The translations under genes and the position numbers were made by a program. A stretch of 64,000 nucleotides of DNA from a bacterium. Lineage in GTDB: Bacteria; Electryoneota; Electryoneia; Electryoneales; Electryoneaceae. This document shows positions 39,759 to 49,486 of the stretch, in pieces (within the stretch, counting starts at the first letter, position 1; each line of letters starts with the position of its first letter). Location: contig OY769902.1 in the NCBI GenBank assembly GCA_963669175.1, positions 3,040,001 through 3,104,000 of the forward strand. Direction: 5' to 3'. The notes below the pieces were generated by a model. It saw only the letters and a program-made list of their open reading frames with translations, was not told the DNA's origin and ran no database searches.

Positions 39759-39880
39759 AGTGAAAAAAGTGAAAAAAGTAGGCAGTGAAAAAAAAGCAGC
39801 TGCGTTTTGAGTTTGTAGGTATGCAAGTTTGAAGGTTACAAAGTAGGAAGGTTATTAAGCTGTAAAGTTATAAAGTTATT
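39759..39880 (+). repeat. Degenerate 9-mer (AGTGAAAAA) and 8-mer (R-G-T-T-N-N-A-A-like) arrays
   Basis: Visible periodicity immediately after the glyA stop. Confidence 0.6.
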
Positions 39881-39882
39881 GG

Positions 39883-39923
39883 TTTTATCCTTGATATCCT
39901 TTTATCCTATTATCCTGTGAGTC
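39883..39923 (-). repeat. Solo AGGAT x4 arm
   Basis: Reverse complement matches the left arm of the GxxExxY element (53164-53198) at 34/35. Confidence 0.85.
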
Positions 39924-40003
39924 GATGATTCTGTTAAGCGGTGACGTAAAGCGCAAGAAGTTACATTCATAGAGAAGCTCCAGCATCCCGGAGGCTGAGC
40001 ACG

Positions 40004-41347
40004 ATGAGTAAAACCTTTCGTGGCGGGACACACCCACCGGAGTTCAAGCTGACCGCTGACAAGCCGGGGGAGAAGTTGCCGTTGCCGGATGTGGTCTATG
40101 TACCCATCCTGCAGCATATCGGCGCCCCGAGCAAGCCCTTGGTCAAGAAAAAGGACGAAGTGAAAACCGGACAACCGATCACCGAAGCCGGTGGTTTTGT
40201 CTCGGTTCCTTCACATTCACCGATCACTGGCGTTGTCAAGGATGTCGGCAATTACGTGCATCCGTTCGGAAAGAACGTTCAAACGATTACCATCGAACGT
40301 ACCGGCGATGACGACTGGTGGGAAGGAATCCAGGAAGACACCCAATGGCAGAATGCGGATCCCGATACGATCCGTGAACGGGTGAAAAACGCGGGCATGG
40401 CCGGTATGGGCGGTGCGGCCTTCCCGACGCACGTAAAGCTTTCTCCACCGAAAGACAAGCCGATTGACACGGTGATTATCAATGGCGCCGAGTGCGAACC
40501 GTACTTGACCAGCGATCACCGTCTGATGCTGGAATTCCCCTATGATATCCTCGCCGGGGCATGGCTTGTCGCTAAAACCGTTGGCGCGAAAAACATCTAC
40601 GTGGGCATTGAGAGCAACAAGCCGGACGCTGTGCAGGCGTTGAAGGAAGTTGCTGCCAAGGAATTCCCCGAGATCCAGGTCGAAATGCTTCCTGTGAAGT
40701 ATCCGCAGGGCGCTGAAAAGCAGTTGATCAAGGCCCTGACTGGACGTGAAACCCCGCCGCCACCAGCGCTGCCGATGGATATCGGGTGTGTGGTGCAGAA
40801 CGTGGGTTCGTGCAAGGCGATCTATGAAGCGGTGCGTTTCAACAAACCGCTGATCGAACGCTATGTCACCGTGACCGGCAAGGGCGTCAACAATCCGAAG
40901 AACGTGGTTGCCCGTATCGGCACCCCGTTCGCTGAGTTGATTGAGGCGGCTGGCGGCTACGCTGACGGCGCGAAGAAGTTGCTGAACGGCGGCCCGATGA
41001 TGGGGGCGGCGCAATGGACCGACCTGGTTCCGGTGATCAAGGGAACCAGCGGTATCCTGGTGCTGACCGATCCTGACGCGTCCATTGCCGAAGAACAGCC
41101 CTGCCTGGTGTGCGGACGTTGTGTGTCGGTCTGCCCGATGTTCCTGCAACCGACCCATATCGCACGGCTCAGCGAGTTCGAACGATTCGAGGACGCGGAA
41201 GCGGAAGGTGCGCTGGAGTGCATTGAATGCGGCTCCTGCGCGTTTGTCTGTCCTTCCAAGCGCAACCTCGTACAACATATCCGTTTTGGAAAGACCAGCA
41301 TTATGGCAGCCAAGCGGAAAGCAGCTCAACAAAAGAAGGGGGCGTAA
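40004..41347 (+). CDS. rnfC: Rnf complex subunit C
   Basis: QHIGAP, GMGGAAFPT, NGAECEPY, YPQGAEKQL, two 4Fe-4S motifs. Confidence 0.96.
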   Translation: MSKTFRGGTHPPEFKLTADKPGEKLPLPDVVYVPILQHIGAPSKPLVKKKDEVKTGQPITEAGGFVSVPSHSPITGVVKDVGNYVHPFGKNVQTITIERTGDDDWWEGIQEDTQWQNADPDTIRERVKNAGMAGMGGAAFPTHVKLSPPKDKPIDTVIINGAECEPYLTSDHRLMLEFPYDILAGAWLVAKTVGAKNIYVGIESNKPDAVQALKEVAAKEFPEIQVEMLPVKYPQGAEKQLIKALTGRETPPPPALPMDIGCVVQNVGSCKAIYEAVRFNKPLIERYVTVTGKGVNNPKNVVARIGTPFAELIEAAGGYADGAKKLLNGGPMMGAAQWTDLVPVIKGTSGILVLTDPDASIAEEQPCLVCGRCVSVCPMFLQPTHIARLSEFERFEDAEAEGALECIECGSCAFVCPSKRNLVQHIRFGKTSIMAAKRKAAQQKKGA

Positions 41348-42646
41348 ATGGCCGACGAGCAGAAAAACAGCGCCCCTGTTCCCGAAGGGGGGGGACAGCA
41401 ACCGGAAAAGAAGCCGGAAGCTGTCAAGGAGGCTGCAAAACCGGCAGACAAGCCGGTAGAGAAACCAAAACCACCGGCAGCGCCGGCAAAGCCGAAAAAG
41501 GAAGCGCCGCCGAAGCGCACCTTTACACTGTCTTCATCGCCGCATATTCGTGACAACGAATCCGTTTCCAAGGTGATGAACACGGTTACGCTGACACTGG
41601 TTCCGGTGTTAATCGCTTCTACCTATTTCTTCGGATTCCGTTCGCTGGTCATCTGCCTGCTGGGCATGGCTTCAGCGATGCTTACCGAAGGTTTGTTACA
41701 GAAGGTATTCAAAGCGAAAATCACGGTTGGTGATGGCAGCGCAATGCTGGCCGGGTTGCTGGTCAGCTTTAATATTCCCGCCGGTGTACCGTGGTGGATT
41801 CCGGTACTGGGCAGCGCGTTTGCTATCGCTATCGCCAAACTGCCGTTTGGCGGCTTGGGCTGGAATCCGCTGAACCCGGCGCTGGTCGGACGTGCTTTCC
41901 TGCTGGCGAGCTGGCCGGTACACATGACCAAAGACTGGCTGCCTGCGGGGTGGTGGAAATTGTCCGGGTACAATTTCTTCTCCTGGAACGTGAACGCGGC
42001 TGATTTCGGTATTGATCTTTCCCAGTCTTCCAGCGCAGCATCGCAATTGGTCAGCGGACTGTCGAAGGGAAATGTGCCCGATGCGATCAGCTACGCGACA
42101 CCACTGGAAATGAGCAAGATGTCGCTGGCGACCATTTCCAATACAGTGTCTTCACCGGAAACGAGCAGTATTATTTTTGCCGCGGAAGCAAAGTTAAAGT
42201 ATCTGCAGACTTTGCTGGGTGACGCCTTCTTCGGCAACATTGGCGGCTGTATCGGTGAGACTTCAGCATTGCTGCTGATATTGGGCGGCATTGTCCTGAT
42301 TTACAAAAACTACATCGACTGGCGTGTTCCGGTCGGTTTTATCGGTGTTGTTGGCCTTGGTGGCTGGATGCTGGGGATTGACCCGTTGTTCTACATCATG
42401 AGCGGCGGCCTGATCCTGGGCGCGTTCTACATGGCAACAGATATGGTCACAACGCCGATTACGAAAAGTGGACGATTATGGTTCGGAATCGGGTGCGGTT
42501 TGCTGACCCTGATGATTCGGCAAATCGGTGGCTACCCGGAAGGTGTTTGCTACTCGATTCTGTTGATGAACCTGGTGTCGCCGTTGATTGACAAGTGGAC
42601 GACACCGAAGAAGCGTTTCGGTCACGCAACTGCCAAGGGGGCATAA
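41348..42646 (+). CDS. rnfD: Rnf complex subunit D
   Basis: SSPH, FGGLG.NPLNPA, ATPL (FMN Thr), IGETS, MATD. Confidence 0.94.
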   Translation: MADEQKNSAPVPEGGGQQPEKKPEAVKEAAKPADKPVEKPKPPAAPAKPKKEAPPKRTFTLSSSPHIRDNESVSKVMNTVTLTLVPVLIASTYFFGFRSLVICLLGMASAMLTEGLLQKVFKAKITVGDGSAMLAGLLVSFNIPAGVPWWIPVLGSAFAIAIAKLPFGGLGWNPLNPALVGRAFLLASWPVHMTKDWLPAGWWKLSGYNFFSWNVNAADFGIDLSQSSSAASQLVSGLSKGNVPDAISYATPLEMSKMSLATISNTVSSPETSSIIFAAEAKLKYLQTLLGDAFFGNIGGCIGETSALLLILGGIVLIYKNYIDWRVPVGFIGVVGLGGWMLGIDPLFYIMSGGLILGAFYMATDMVTTPITKSGRLWFGIGCGLLTLMIRQIGGYPEGVCYSILLMNLVSPLIDKWTTPKKRFGHATAKGA

Positions 42647-42648
42647 AG

Positions 42649-43284
42649 ATGCTAGTGGTAAGACTAGGGGCAATCCTGATGTTTATCACCGCACTCGCTG
42701 CTTCAGCCCTGGCGTTGATAAACAAATCGACTGCACCCATCATCGCGGAGAACAAGGCCAAGGAAGCGCAGTTGGCCCGCATGGAAGTGACTGCGTCGCT
42801 GGGTGATGTAACTTTTGACGAAGTAACTACCGAAGATGGCATGACCTATTACGTGGTCAAGGACCAGCAGGGCAGTGTGGTCGGTTATGTTGGCACTGCT
42901 TACGGTAAAGGTTATTCCAGCACGGTTGAAACCGTGACCGGCATGGACAGCGAGTTTCACATCGTTGGTATGAAGGTTCTGTTCCAGCAGGAAACACCAG
43001 GCCTGGGCACCAAGTCGCAGGATGCCTCTTTCCTTGATCAGTTCAGCGGCAAGCTTGCGCAGGATGTCAAGGTGAGGAAGGATGGTGGTACTATCGATTC
43101 CATCACTGGCGCCACCATCACCAGCCGTGCGGTAAGTAATTCGGTACAGGTTCTGGCGCGCGAGATTGAAGCAAGTGTTGCTGCAAACAAGTCTACCGTT
43201 CCAGAGGGATTGAACCTCGGGACACTTGGCGCAGAGAATCAGGATGAGGTTGAGCCGCAGGACGGCCAGGGAGGTGAAGAATGA
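42649..43284 (+). CDS. rnfG: Rnf complex subunit G
   Basis: ETPGLG, ITGATITS FMN motif. Confidence 0.94.
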   Translation: MLVVRLGAILMFITALAASALALINKSTAPIIAENKAKEAQLARMEVTASLGDVTFDEVTTEDGMTYYVVKDQQGSVVGYVGTAYGKGYSSTVETVTGMDSEFHIVGMKVLFQQETPGLGTKSQDASFLDQFSGKLAQDVKVRKDGGTIDSITGATITSRAVSNSVQVLAREIEASVAANKSTVPEGLNLGTLGAENQDEVEPQDGQGGEE

Positions 43285-43955
43285 ACCTGGGTGAAGTCTT
43301 CACACGCGGGATCATTAAGGAAAACCCGGTTCTGCGTCTTGCATTGGGCCTATGTCCATCATTGGCTGTTTCCTCATCGGTATTCAATGCCATTGGTATG
43401 GGTGTTTCCGTACTTTTCGTGTTGATCATGAGTAACCTTCTGATCAGCCTGGTACGGAAAGGCGTTCCCGCTAAGATTCGTATTCCGATCTTTATCGTGA
43501 TTATCGCCACCTTCGTAACCATTGTCGAGATGGTGATGGCGGCATACGCACCGGGGCTGTTCAAGGCGCTGGGCATTTTTGTTCCGCTGATCGTGGTGAA
43601 CTGCATTATTCTTGGCCGCGCCGAAGCGTTCGCCAGCAAGAACGGTCCGGTTGCTTCCATCGTGGACGCAGTCGGCATGTCAGCGGGCTTCACGCTGGCC
43701 CTGGTACTGATCGCCATCGTTCGCGAAGTTCTGGGCAATGGCACCATCAGCCTCCCGGATCCGTCCAACCCGGTCGTCGCCATGGCGATACAGGTCGTTC
43801 CGGGCAGTTTCGAACCTATCCTGTTGTTCATGTTAGCGCCTGGCGCTTTCATCACAATGGGCCTGTGGCTCGCTTTGTTCAACCTGCTTGACGCACGTAA
43901 GGCGGAGAAGAAGAAGCAGGAGACAATCCAGGCATCGTTCCAGAGGAGCAAGTAA
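43281..43955 (+). CDS. rnfE: Rnf complex subunit E
   Basis: LGLCPSLAV, PLIVVNCIILGRAE. Confidence 0.95.
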   Translation: MNLGEVFTRGIIKENPVLRLALGLCPSLAVSSSVFNAIGMGVSVLFVLIMSNLLISLVRKGVPAKIRIPIFIVIIATFVTIVEMVMAAYAPGLFKALGIFVPLIVVNCIILGRAEAFASKNGPVASIVDAVGMSAGFTLALVLIAIVREVLGNGTISLPDPSNPVVAMAIQVVPGSFEPILLFMLAPGAFITMGLWLALFNLLDARKAEKKKQETIQASFQRSK

Positions 43956-43956
43956 G

Positions 43957-44577
43957 ATGGATTTCATGAATCTATTCGTCATTGCGGTCGGATCGATCCT
44001 GATAAACAACTTCGTGCTGGCGCGCTTCCTGGGTATCTGCCCCTATATCGGGGTTTCCAAGAAACTCGATAGCGCGATCGGCATGGGATTCGCCGTAATC
44101 TTCGTCATGGCGCTCGCGTCGTTGGCGTCATGGTTGATCTACGTGTACCTGTTGGACCCGGCTACAAATGTCTGGAGCACACCGGATCATCCGGTTGATC
44201 TGACATTCTTGCGTACTATCACATTCATTCTTGTGATTGCATCGCTGGTACAGCTTGTGGAAATGATGCTGCAGAAGCAGATGCCCGCATTGTACAGCGC
44301 GCTGGGTATCTATTTGCCGCTGATTACCACCAACTGCGCTGTGCTCGGTGTGGCGGTGTTAAATATCGATGAAGGCTACAACCTGGTCGAGTCACTGGTC
44401 AATGGTATCGCCGCAGGTATAGGTTTTACACTTGCCCTGATCCTGATGGCCGGCATTCGTGAGCGCCTGGAACTGGCCGATGTACCCAAGCCACTGCAGG
44501 GAATCCCGATTGCGTTCATCATGGCCGGATTGATGGCGATCGCCTTCCTGGGCTTCAGTGGACTTAGTGTCGGGTAA
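43957..44577 (+). CDS. rnfA: Rnf complex subunit A
   Basis: FLGICP, LPLITTNCAVLG. Confidence 0.95.
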   Translation: MDFMNLFVIAVGSILINNFVLARFLGICPYIGVSKKLDSAIGMGFAVIFVMALASLASWLIYVYLLDPATNVWSTPDHPVDLTFLRTITFILVIASLVQLVEMMLQKQMPALYSALGIYLPLITTNCAVLGVAVLNIDEGYNLVESLVNGIAAGIGFTLALILMAGIRERLELADVPKPLQGIPIAFIMAGLMAIAFLGFSGLSVG

Positions 44578-44787
44578 TTCGGTAGCCCGGATATGCTTGT
44601 CCGGGGTGCTGTGTGGTGAAATACACACTTGGAAATGGGATCGTAGTTCCGAACTGTAAATGGCAAGGTTTTCGAGAGACGTTTTTAGTAAATGCTAAAA
44701 TTATGATTTATAAGTGATTGGCTCTATATTGTCAGCATGGTAAACGAATGCGGTGAATGTTGCCGCATCAACCATAGGAGTAGAAAC

Positions 44788-45747
44788 GTGGACATCGGTA
44801 TTCTTGGCGCAGTGATTTCTGTAGGCGCGCTAGGGCTTCTCTTCGGAGCAGGGCTGGCTGTCGCCTCAAAGGTGTTCTACGTATACGTCGACCCACGTGT
44901 GGAACAGGTTGACGAAGCTCTTCCCGGCGCCAATTGCGGCGCTTGCGGTCAGGCTGGTTGTCGCCAGATGGCGCTCAAGATTGTCGAAGGCGAATTACAG
45001 GCCAGCGACTGTCCGGTTGCCAGCGGTGATGCACGAAGCCAGATCGCTTCCATCATGGGTAGTGAAGTCGGCGAGGTGGAGGAGAAGGTTGCCGTCGTTC
45101 GTTGCCAGGGCAATCCCGACAACTGCGAAACCCGTTTTGACTACCAGGGCATCGAGAGTTGTGCCGCCGCCGCCATGGTTGGCGGTGGCTTTAAGGCCTG
45201 CAACTATGGTTGCCTTGGGAATGGTGACTGTGTGGAAGCTTGCCCGTTTGACGCGATGTACATGGGCGATGACAAGCTGCCGAAGGTGCTGGATGATGTC
45301 TGCACCGGCTGCGGGAATTGTGTTGAAGCCTGTCCGCGCAACATCATGGCATTGATTCCACGTAGCGCCAATGTCTATATCGCATGCGTCAACAACGACA
45401 AGCTGAAAGAAGTTAAAGATATCTGCAAAGTCGGTTGCACCGCATGCGGCATGTGCGCCAAGGACAAGGTCACGCCATCCGGCATGATTCAGATGGATGC
45501 CCGGACCAATCTTCCGGTTTTCAATTACGCCATTGAAGATGATCCGTTCCCGGCAGCACATCGTTGCCCGACAGATGCTATTGTGGACAAGCTGAACCGT
45601 CCGAAACCGGAAAAGCCGGAAAAACCGGCAGCCAAGCCAGTGGCAAAACCGGCAGCGCCGAAGGAAGACAAGCCTGTTGCGGAGAAGAAGCCGGAAGCAA
45701 AGCCGGAAGCGGAAAAACCGGCAGCAGAAGAGAAGCAGGATAAGTAA
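44788..45747 (+). CDS. rnfB: Rnf complex subunit B
   Basis: LPGANCGACG, multiple ferredoxin motifs; GTG start after AGGAG. Confidence 0.94.
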   Translation: MDIGILGAVISVGALGLLFGAGLAVASKVFYVYVDPRVEQVDEALPGANCGACGQAGCRQMALKIVEGELQASDCPVASGDARSQIASIMGSEVGEVEEKVAVVRCQGNPDNCETRFDYQGIESCAAAAMVGGGFKACNYGCLGNGDCVEACPFDAMYMGDDKLPKVLDDVCTGCGNCVEACPRNIMALIPRSANVYIACVNNDKLKEVKDICKVGCTACGMCAKDKVTPSGMIQMDARTNLPVFNYAIEDDPFPAAHRCPTDAIVDKLNRPKPEKPEKPAAKPVAKPAAPKEDKPVAEKKPEAKPEAEKPAAEEKQDK

Positions 45748-46202
45748 TATCTTGACAATACAGGTCTTGTTTGCGGGAGAGTGCTGAATTCGTGGTTTGA
45801 TTATTTGAATGTGACTCTCCTAACAACTTTTATAAAACGCGAGATGTCTCTATACTTCAGGCTGAGAAAGCAATGAGAAGTACACAATTTGCTCTGAACA
45901 TTGTGTTTAGAAGAAGTGGCACCTATATTACTTGTCGTTCGATTTTCAGGGCGTTTGGGGGGTAAGCAGTTGTTCTTGCGGCAATTCCCTTGTGACAAGT
46001 AGTGCAATGTTATTCACAGGTCGTTAAGAACTGAGATCCAGGGAGGCAGGTTCTCATTGATTCGGCGAGCCAAACATACACACGGACGCCCCCTCCTGTT
46101 CCCACGTTTTACGCCCGGTTTCTCCTTTGTGAAAGAAGGAACATCCTTCAGGGATGTTTGTTTGTTGCATCAAATCGCGGTTCACGCAAGGAGTGATGCG
46201 TC

Positions 46203-46562
46203 ATGATGCCGTTGGATTTTGTCCCGGTACTGATCACCTTTCTTTTTGTTGGCGGTTTTGCCTGGGTGACCTTGTGGGCTACCCATATCCTTGGGCCAAA
46301 CCGTTACACACCGGTCAAGCAGGATATTTATGAGTGCGGTCTCGATTATCGTGGCACCGCACGCCAGCGTTTCTCGATCAAGTATTACCTGGTCGGTGTA
46401 CTCTTCCTGTTGTTCGACCTGGAAATTGTGTTCATGTACCCTTGGGCAGTGAACTTCCGTCATCTTGGCCTTTACGGTCTGGTGACGATGGGCATATTCC
46501 TGGTCATACTCACGGTGGGCTTGTTGTACGAGTGGAAGAAAGGAGCGTTGGAATGGGAGTAA
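46203..46562 (+). CDS. nuoA: NADH-quinone oxidoreductase subunit A
   Basis: [18 protein letters not shown]. Confidence 0.95.
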   Translation: MMPLDFVPVLITFLFVGGFAWVTLWATHILGPNRYTPVKQDIYECGLDYRGTARQRFSIKYYLVGVLFLLFDLEIVFMYPWAVNFRHLGLYGLVTMGIFLVILTVGLLYEWKKGALEWE

Positions 46563-47032
46563 CGCAGTGGCCCGGAGGGGCGGCGATAACGACAACGCTT
46601 AGCGGAATGGTCGGATGGGCGCGCAAATACAGTGGCTGGCCCATGCCATTCGCCACCGCATGCTGCGGCATCGAGTACATGTCCACCATGTCTTCTGGAT
46701 ACGACCAGGGACGGTTCGGCTGGGAACGGCCTTCCTTCAGTCCCCGCCAGGCGGATGTTATGATCGTCATCGGCACTATCAGCCTGAAAATGGGCCCGGT
46801 GCTGAAACGTATCTATGACCAGATGGCTGAGCCCAAGTACGTGATCAGCATGGGCGCTTGCGCTTGCTGCGGTGGCATGTTTGATGCCTACAGCGTGATC
46901 CAGGGGGTGGATACCCTGTTCCCGGTAGATGTCTACGTGCCCGGTTGCCCGCCACGGCCTGAAACGCTGATTCTCGGCTACATGGAACTGCAGAAGAAGA
47001 TGCAGGCGCAACAACTGGAGGCACGAGGATGA
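46553..47032 (+). CDS. nuoB: NADH-quinone oxidoreductase subunit B
   Basis: [20 protein letters not shown]. Confidence 0.95.
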   Translation: MGVTQWPGGAAITTTLSGMVGWARKYSGWPMPFATACCGIEYMSTMSSGYDQGRFGWERPSFSPRQADVMIVIGTISLKMGPVLKRIYDQMAEPKYVISMGACACCGGMFDAYSVIQGVDTLFPVDVYVPGCPPRPETLILGYMELQKKMQAQQLEARG

Positions 47033-47745
47033 CAAAGCTCGAACTCCAGGAAAAGCTCATCAACGATATCAAAGCGCAGTTCAAGGATCATGTAAAGCAT
47101 GCTGAGGTTGATCACTATGGCATGCCGGTTGTGGAAATCGATCCCGAGATTCATGTTGAACTGCCAGCCTGGTTGAAAAACAGCGAAGAATGGCAATTCA
47201 ACCATTTCACCGATATCACTTCTGTGGACTACCTGAACCGGCGGGAAATTCGGTTCGAAGTAGTAGTTCACCTGCGTTCCCACAAGAACAATATCCGAAT
47301 TCGGATAAAAACTCCGGTAGGCGGGGAAAACCCAAAATTACCAACCCTGTCCCATACCTTCATTGGTTCGCACTGGACTGAGCGCGAAGTGTATGACTTA
47401 ATGGGAATCGAATTTACCGGTCACCCACGGATGACCCGGTTACTTAATCCGGACGATTTTGACGGACATCCGTTACGGAAAGATTTTCCCATAAAAGGCA
47501 AATTCAGGGGGAGTTTCCCAAAAGGCACGGTTATCTCGAATAAACGTAGAGAGCCGAATGTTGCCGCGCCAACCCATCCGAAGCCGCTAGACCAGCTCAT
47601 GCCGCGCACGGTTCAGGAACAGAAGCGTGAAGTAATGAAGCTCGAATACGAGCGTAAGCTGGGACTGGTCAAGGACGAGCCGGAACAGACCGAGGCGCCC
47701 GAAGAGACCGCCGATGCGAAGGAGGAGGGCGGCGATGCTAAGTAA
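47029..47745 (+). CDS. nuoC: NADH-quinone oxidoreductase subunit C
   Basis: [23 protein letters not shown]. Confidence 0.94.
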   Translation: MTKLELQEKLINDIKAQFKDHVKHAEVDHYGMPVVEIDPEIHVELPAWLKNSEEWQFNHFTDITSVDYLNRREIRFEVVVHLRSHKNNIRIRIKTPVGGENPKLPTLSHTFIGSHWTEREVYDLMGIEFTGHPRMTRLLNPDDFDGHPLRKDFPIKGKFRGSFPKGTVISNKRREPNVAAPTHPKPLDQLMPRTVQEQKREVMKLEYERKLGLVKDEPEQTEAPEETADAKEEGGDAK

Positions 47746-48946
47746 AGTAGTCAGCGATGCCGTGTACGACGTTACCCAGGGTGACGAGCTTTATGACATC
47801 AACCTTGGTCCGTCCCATCCCGCGATGCACGGTATTTTCGATAACCGTGTCAAGCTGGACGGTGAACGCATTGCCGAAATTGAAGCGCATATCGGGTACT
47901 GTCACAGAAGCTTTGAGAAATTGGCCGAACGCTACACCTACAATCAGGTGATCACCATTACCGACCGTATGAACTACGTGTCGTCGATGGCGAACAATAT
48001 CGGTTGGGTGATGGCGGCAGAGAAGCTTTGCGGTATAGAAGTTCCGAAATTGGTCCAATACGTGCGTGTGATCATTTTCGAAATGAACCGCATTATTGAC
48101 CACCTGGTTTGCGACGGTATCCTTGGTGTGGACGCTGGCGCCTACACCGGATTCCTCTATTTTTATGAACACCGTGAATTTGCGTACAAGATCATCGAAC
48201 GCATGACCGGTGGCCGTCTGACGACCAACTTCGGTCGTGTTGGCGGGTTGGAACGTCCCCTGTACCCGGAATTCAAGAAGGACATTCTTGAGTGGATCAA
48301 GCCGATCCCGAAGGTGCTGCAGGAGTTCCATACGCTGATGTCGCGTAACCGGATCTTCATCGAGCGTTGCCGTGACGTTGCCGGTATCAGCGGCGACAGG
48401 GCGCTTGAGTATGGCTTCAGCGGTCCGAACCTTCGTGCTGCGGGGGTGAGCTACGACTTGCGTAAGGCGGAGCCGTATTGCAGCTATGAGGACTTCGATT
48501 TCGAAGTGCCGCTCGGGTCCAATGGCGATACGTATGACCGTTACATGGTCCGGATGCTGGAGATGGAGCAGAGCCTGAAGATTATTGAGCAGGCCGTGAA
48601 CAATCTCCCCGAGGGAGCGTGGCATGCGGATGTACCGGAAGTCTTCCTGCCGGATAAGAAGGATGTCTACTCCAACATGGAAGCGATGATCTATCACTTC
48701 AAGATCCTGATGCACGGTATCAATCCGCCGGAAGGAGAGGTCTACCAGGCGATAGAAGCGCCGAACGGTGAGCTGGGCTTCTTCTGTGTGAGCGACAAAA
48801 CAGCGACACCGTACCGGTTGCACTTCCGGTCACCCTGTCTTTACTACTACCAGTCGATCGAAGAACTGCTGCGCGGTCACATGATCGCGGATGCGGTGTT
48901 AACCATATCCAGCATGAACATGATCGCCGGCGAGTTGGAACGGTGA
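47735..48946 (+). CDS. nuoD: NADH-quinone oxidoreductase subunit D
   Basis: GPSHPAMHG, HRSFEK, DRMNY, GELER. Confidence 0.95.
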   Translation: MLSKVVSDAVYDVTQGDELYDINLGPSHPAMHGIFDNRVKLDGERIAEIEAHIGYCHRSFEKLAERYTYNQVITITDRMNYVSSMANNIGWVMAAEKLCGIEVPKLVQYVRVIIFEMNRIIDHLVCDGILGVDAGAYTGFLYFYEHREFAYKIIERMTGGRLTTNFGRVGGLERPLYPEFKKDILEWIKPIPKVLQEFHTLMSRNRIFIERCRDVAGISGDRALEYGFSGPNLRAAGVSYDLRKAEPYCSYEDFDFEVPLGSNGDTYDRYMVRMLEMEQSLKIIEQAVNNLPEGAWHADVPEVFLPDKKDVYSNMEAMIYHFKILMHGINPPEGEVYQAIEAPNGELGFFCVSDKTATPYRLHFRSPCLYYYQSIEELLRGHMIADAVLTISSMNMIAGELER

Positions 48947-48960
48947 GGAGCTAGTCGGTT

Positions 48961-49458
48961 ATGGCTTACGAGCTACCGAAGGAAAAACAGGAGCTGGTCA
49001 AGGAAATCGCGCAGCGATATCCCGAGCCTCGCTCCGGCATTTTGCCCGCCATGCACATCATCATGGCGGAACGCGGCTGGGTGGGAACAGACGGCGCGGA
49101 TCACGTGGCCGATCTGCTGGGAGTGCCCAGGATCTGGTGCTATGAAGATCTGACCTTCTACACCTATTTCCCAAAAGAACCGGTCGGGAAATACCACCTC
49201 CAGATTTGCCACAACATCGCGTGCAACCTGCGTGGTTCTGAGGAGATCATCCAGCACCTTGAAGAGAAGCATGGCATCAAGGAAGGCGTGATCACCGAGG
49301 ACGGGCTGTTCTGCCTGCACCGGGTTGAATGTCTTGGCGCATGTGGAGGAGCGCCGGTGATACAGGTGAACGATGATTATTATGAACACCTGACCCCGGA
49401 TAGCGTTGATGAGTTGATCGAACGGTTAAGAAAAGAGGCCGGCAACGGCAAGAAATAA
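48961..49458 (+). CDS. nuoE: NADH-quinone oxidoreductase subunit E
   Basis: CHNIAC...CLGAC 2Fe-2S motif. Confidence 0.94.
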   Translation: MAYELPKEKQELVKEIAQRYPEPRSGILPAMHIIMAERGWVGTDGADHVADLLGVPRIWCYEDLTFYTYFPKEPVGKYHLQICHNIACNLRGSEEIIQHLEEKHGIKEGVITEDGLFCLHRVECLGACGGAPVIQVNDDYYEHLTPDSVDELIERLRKEAGNGKK

Positions 49459-49486
49459 CTGAAGTCGTTGCAACGGAGGGCCTGTC

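Noticed and set aside
37819-39923. Composite transposon carrying glyA
   Set aside because: The arms have different periodicity (9/9/9 vs 8/8/9), and rpiB-glyA linkage is common; more likely independent solo arms.
45990-46020. Rex/CRP box upstream of nuoA
   Set aside because: TTGTGA and TCACAG half-sites are not at the canonical 6-bp spacing.
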